DNA of 35,678 nt. Source: Hyphochytrium catenoides. Its lineage: Eukaryota; Protista; Hyphochytriomycota. The stretch spans positions 1 through 35,678 of the forward strand of contig FLMG01003683.1 of the NCBI GenBank assembly GCA_900088475.1. The letters run 5' to 3'. Below, piece by piece: positions 35,346 to 35,678 of the stretch (within the stretch, counting starts at the first letter, position 1; each line of letters opens with the position of its first letter). The position numbers were made by a program, and so were the translations under genes. Below the pieces are notes generated by a model. It was given only the letters and a program-made list of their open reading frames with translations, ran no database searches and was not told the DNA's origin.

Positions 35346-35480
35346 NNNNNNNNNNNNNNNNNNNNNNNNNNNNNNNNNNNNNNNNNNNNGAGAGAAAGAG
35401 AGAGAGAGAAAGAGAGAGAGAGAAAGAGAGAGACAGCAAGAGAGATAGATAGATGGAGAGAGAGAGAGAGAGAGAGGAGA
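35310..35480. repeat. (GA)n microsatellite spanning an assembly gap in a vasohibin intron
   Basis: GA runs on both sides of the N run. Confidence 0.9.
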
Positions 35481-35678
35481 GAGAAAGAGAAGGAAAGAAC
35501 TGTTACGGACAGAGCCAACCAACAAAAGATCATGTCACAGAGGGAGAGAAGCCGCGCCCGGTTAAGACTGTGAGAAAAGCGAGGAGAACGAAAAGGGTGG
35601 AAAGGGAGGAGGAGGAGGGGACAGAGAGAGAGGAAGATAGAGAGCTGGGAGTAGAGAGAGAAAAGAGAGAGAGAGAGA

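Noticed and set aside
1-35678. CRISPR array, tRNA, rRNA, C/D snoRNA or LTR/TIR element
   Set aside because: No regularly spaced repeats, cloverleafs, rRNA motifs or RT/integrase/DDE motifs were seen. Scattered TGATGA hexamers had no convincing D box or terminal stem; tRNAscan-SE and Infernal would be needed to exclude these formally.

Overview
This is eukaryotic nuclear DNA: gene-dense, with many short spliceosomal introns, pervasive (AG)n/(CT)n microsatellites and four N gaps. The gene content (intron-containing alphaproteobacterial-type FtsZ with a mitochondrial-like presequence, plus centriole and tubulin-code genes) suggests a flagellated protist, probably a stramenopile; that is an inference. 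Splicing exons by hand gives 10 genes in order: R3HDM4-like (+), type II membrane protein with a LamG/ConA-like jellyroll (-), Myb/SANT-like trihelix protein (-), EEIG1/FAM102A-like NT-C2 protein (+), mitochondrial FtsZ (-), YIP1/YIPF5 (+), CEP192/SPD-2-like (-), tau-tubulin-kinase-like CK1 (+), P2B Ca2+-ATPase (-) and a 5'-truncated vasohibin (-). A stop-riddled frame at 1-736 looks like a pseudogene. No tRNA, rRNA, CRISPR array or intact transposon was recognised. The best candidates for something new are the FtsZ ending in an amphipathic, MinD-MTS-like tail, the head-to-head CEP192/TTBK pair in a tubulin-related neighbourhood, and the intron-split LamG membrane protein. I found no clear-cut novel multi-gene system. 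All family assignments come from recalled motifs, not database searches.
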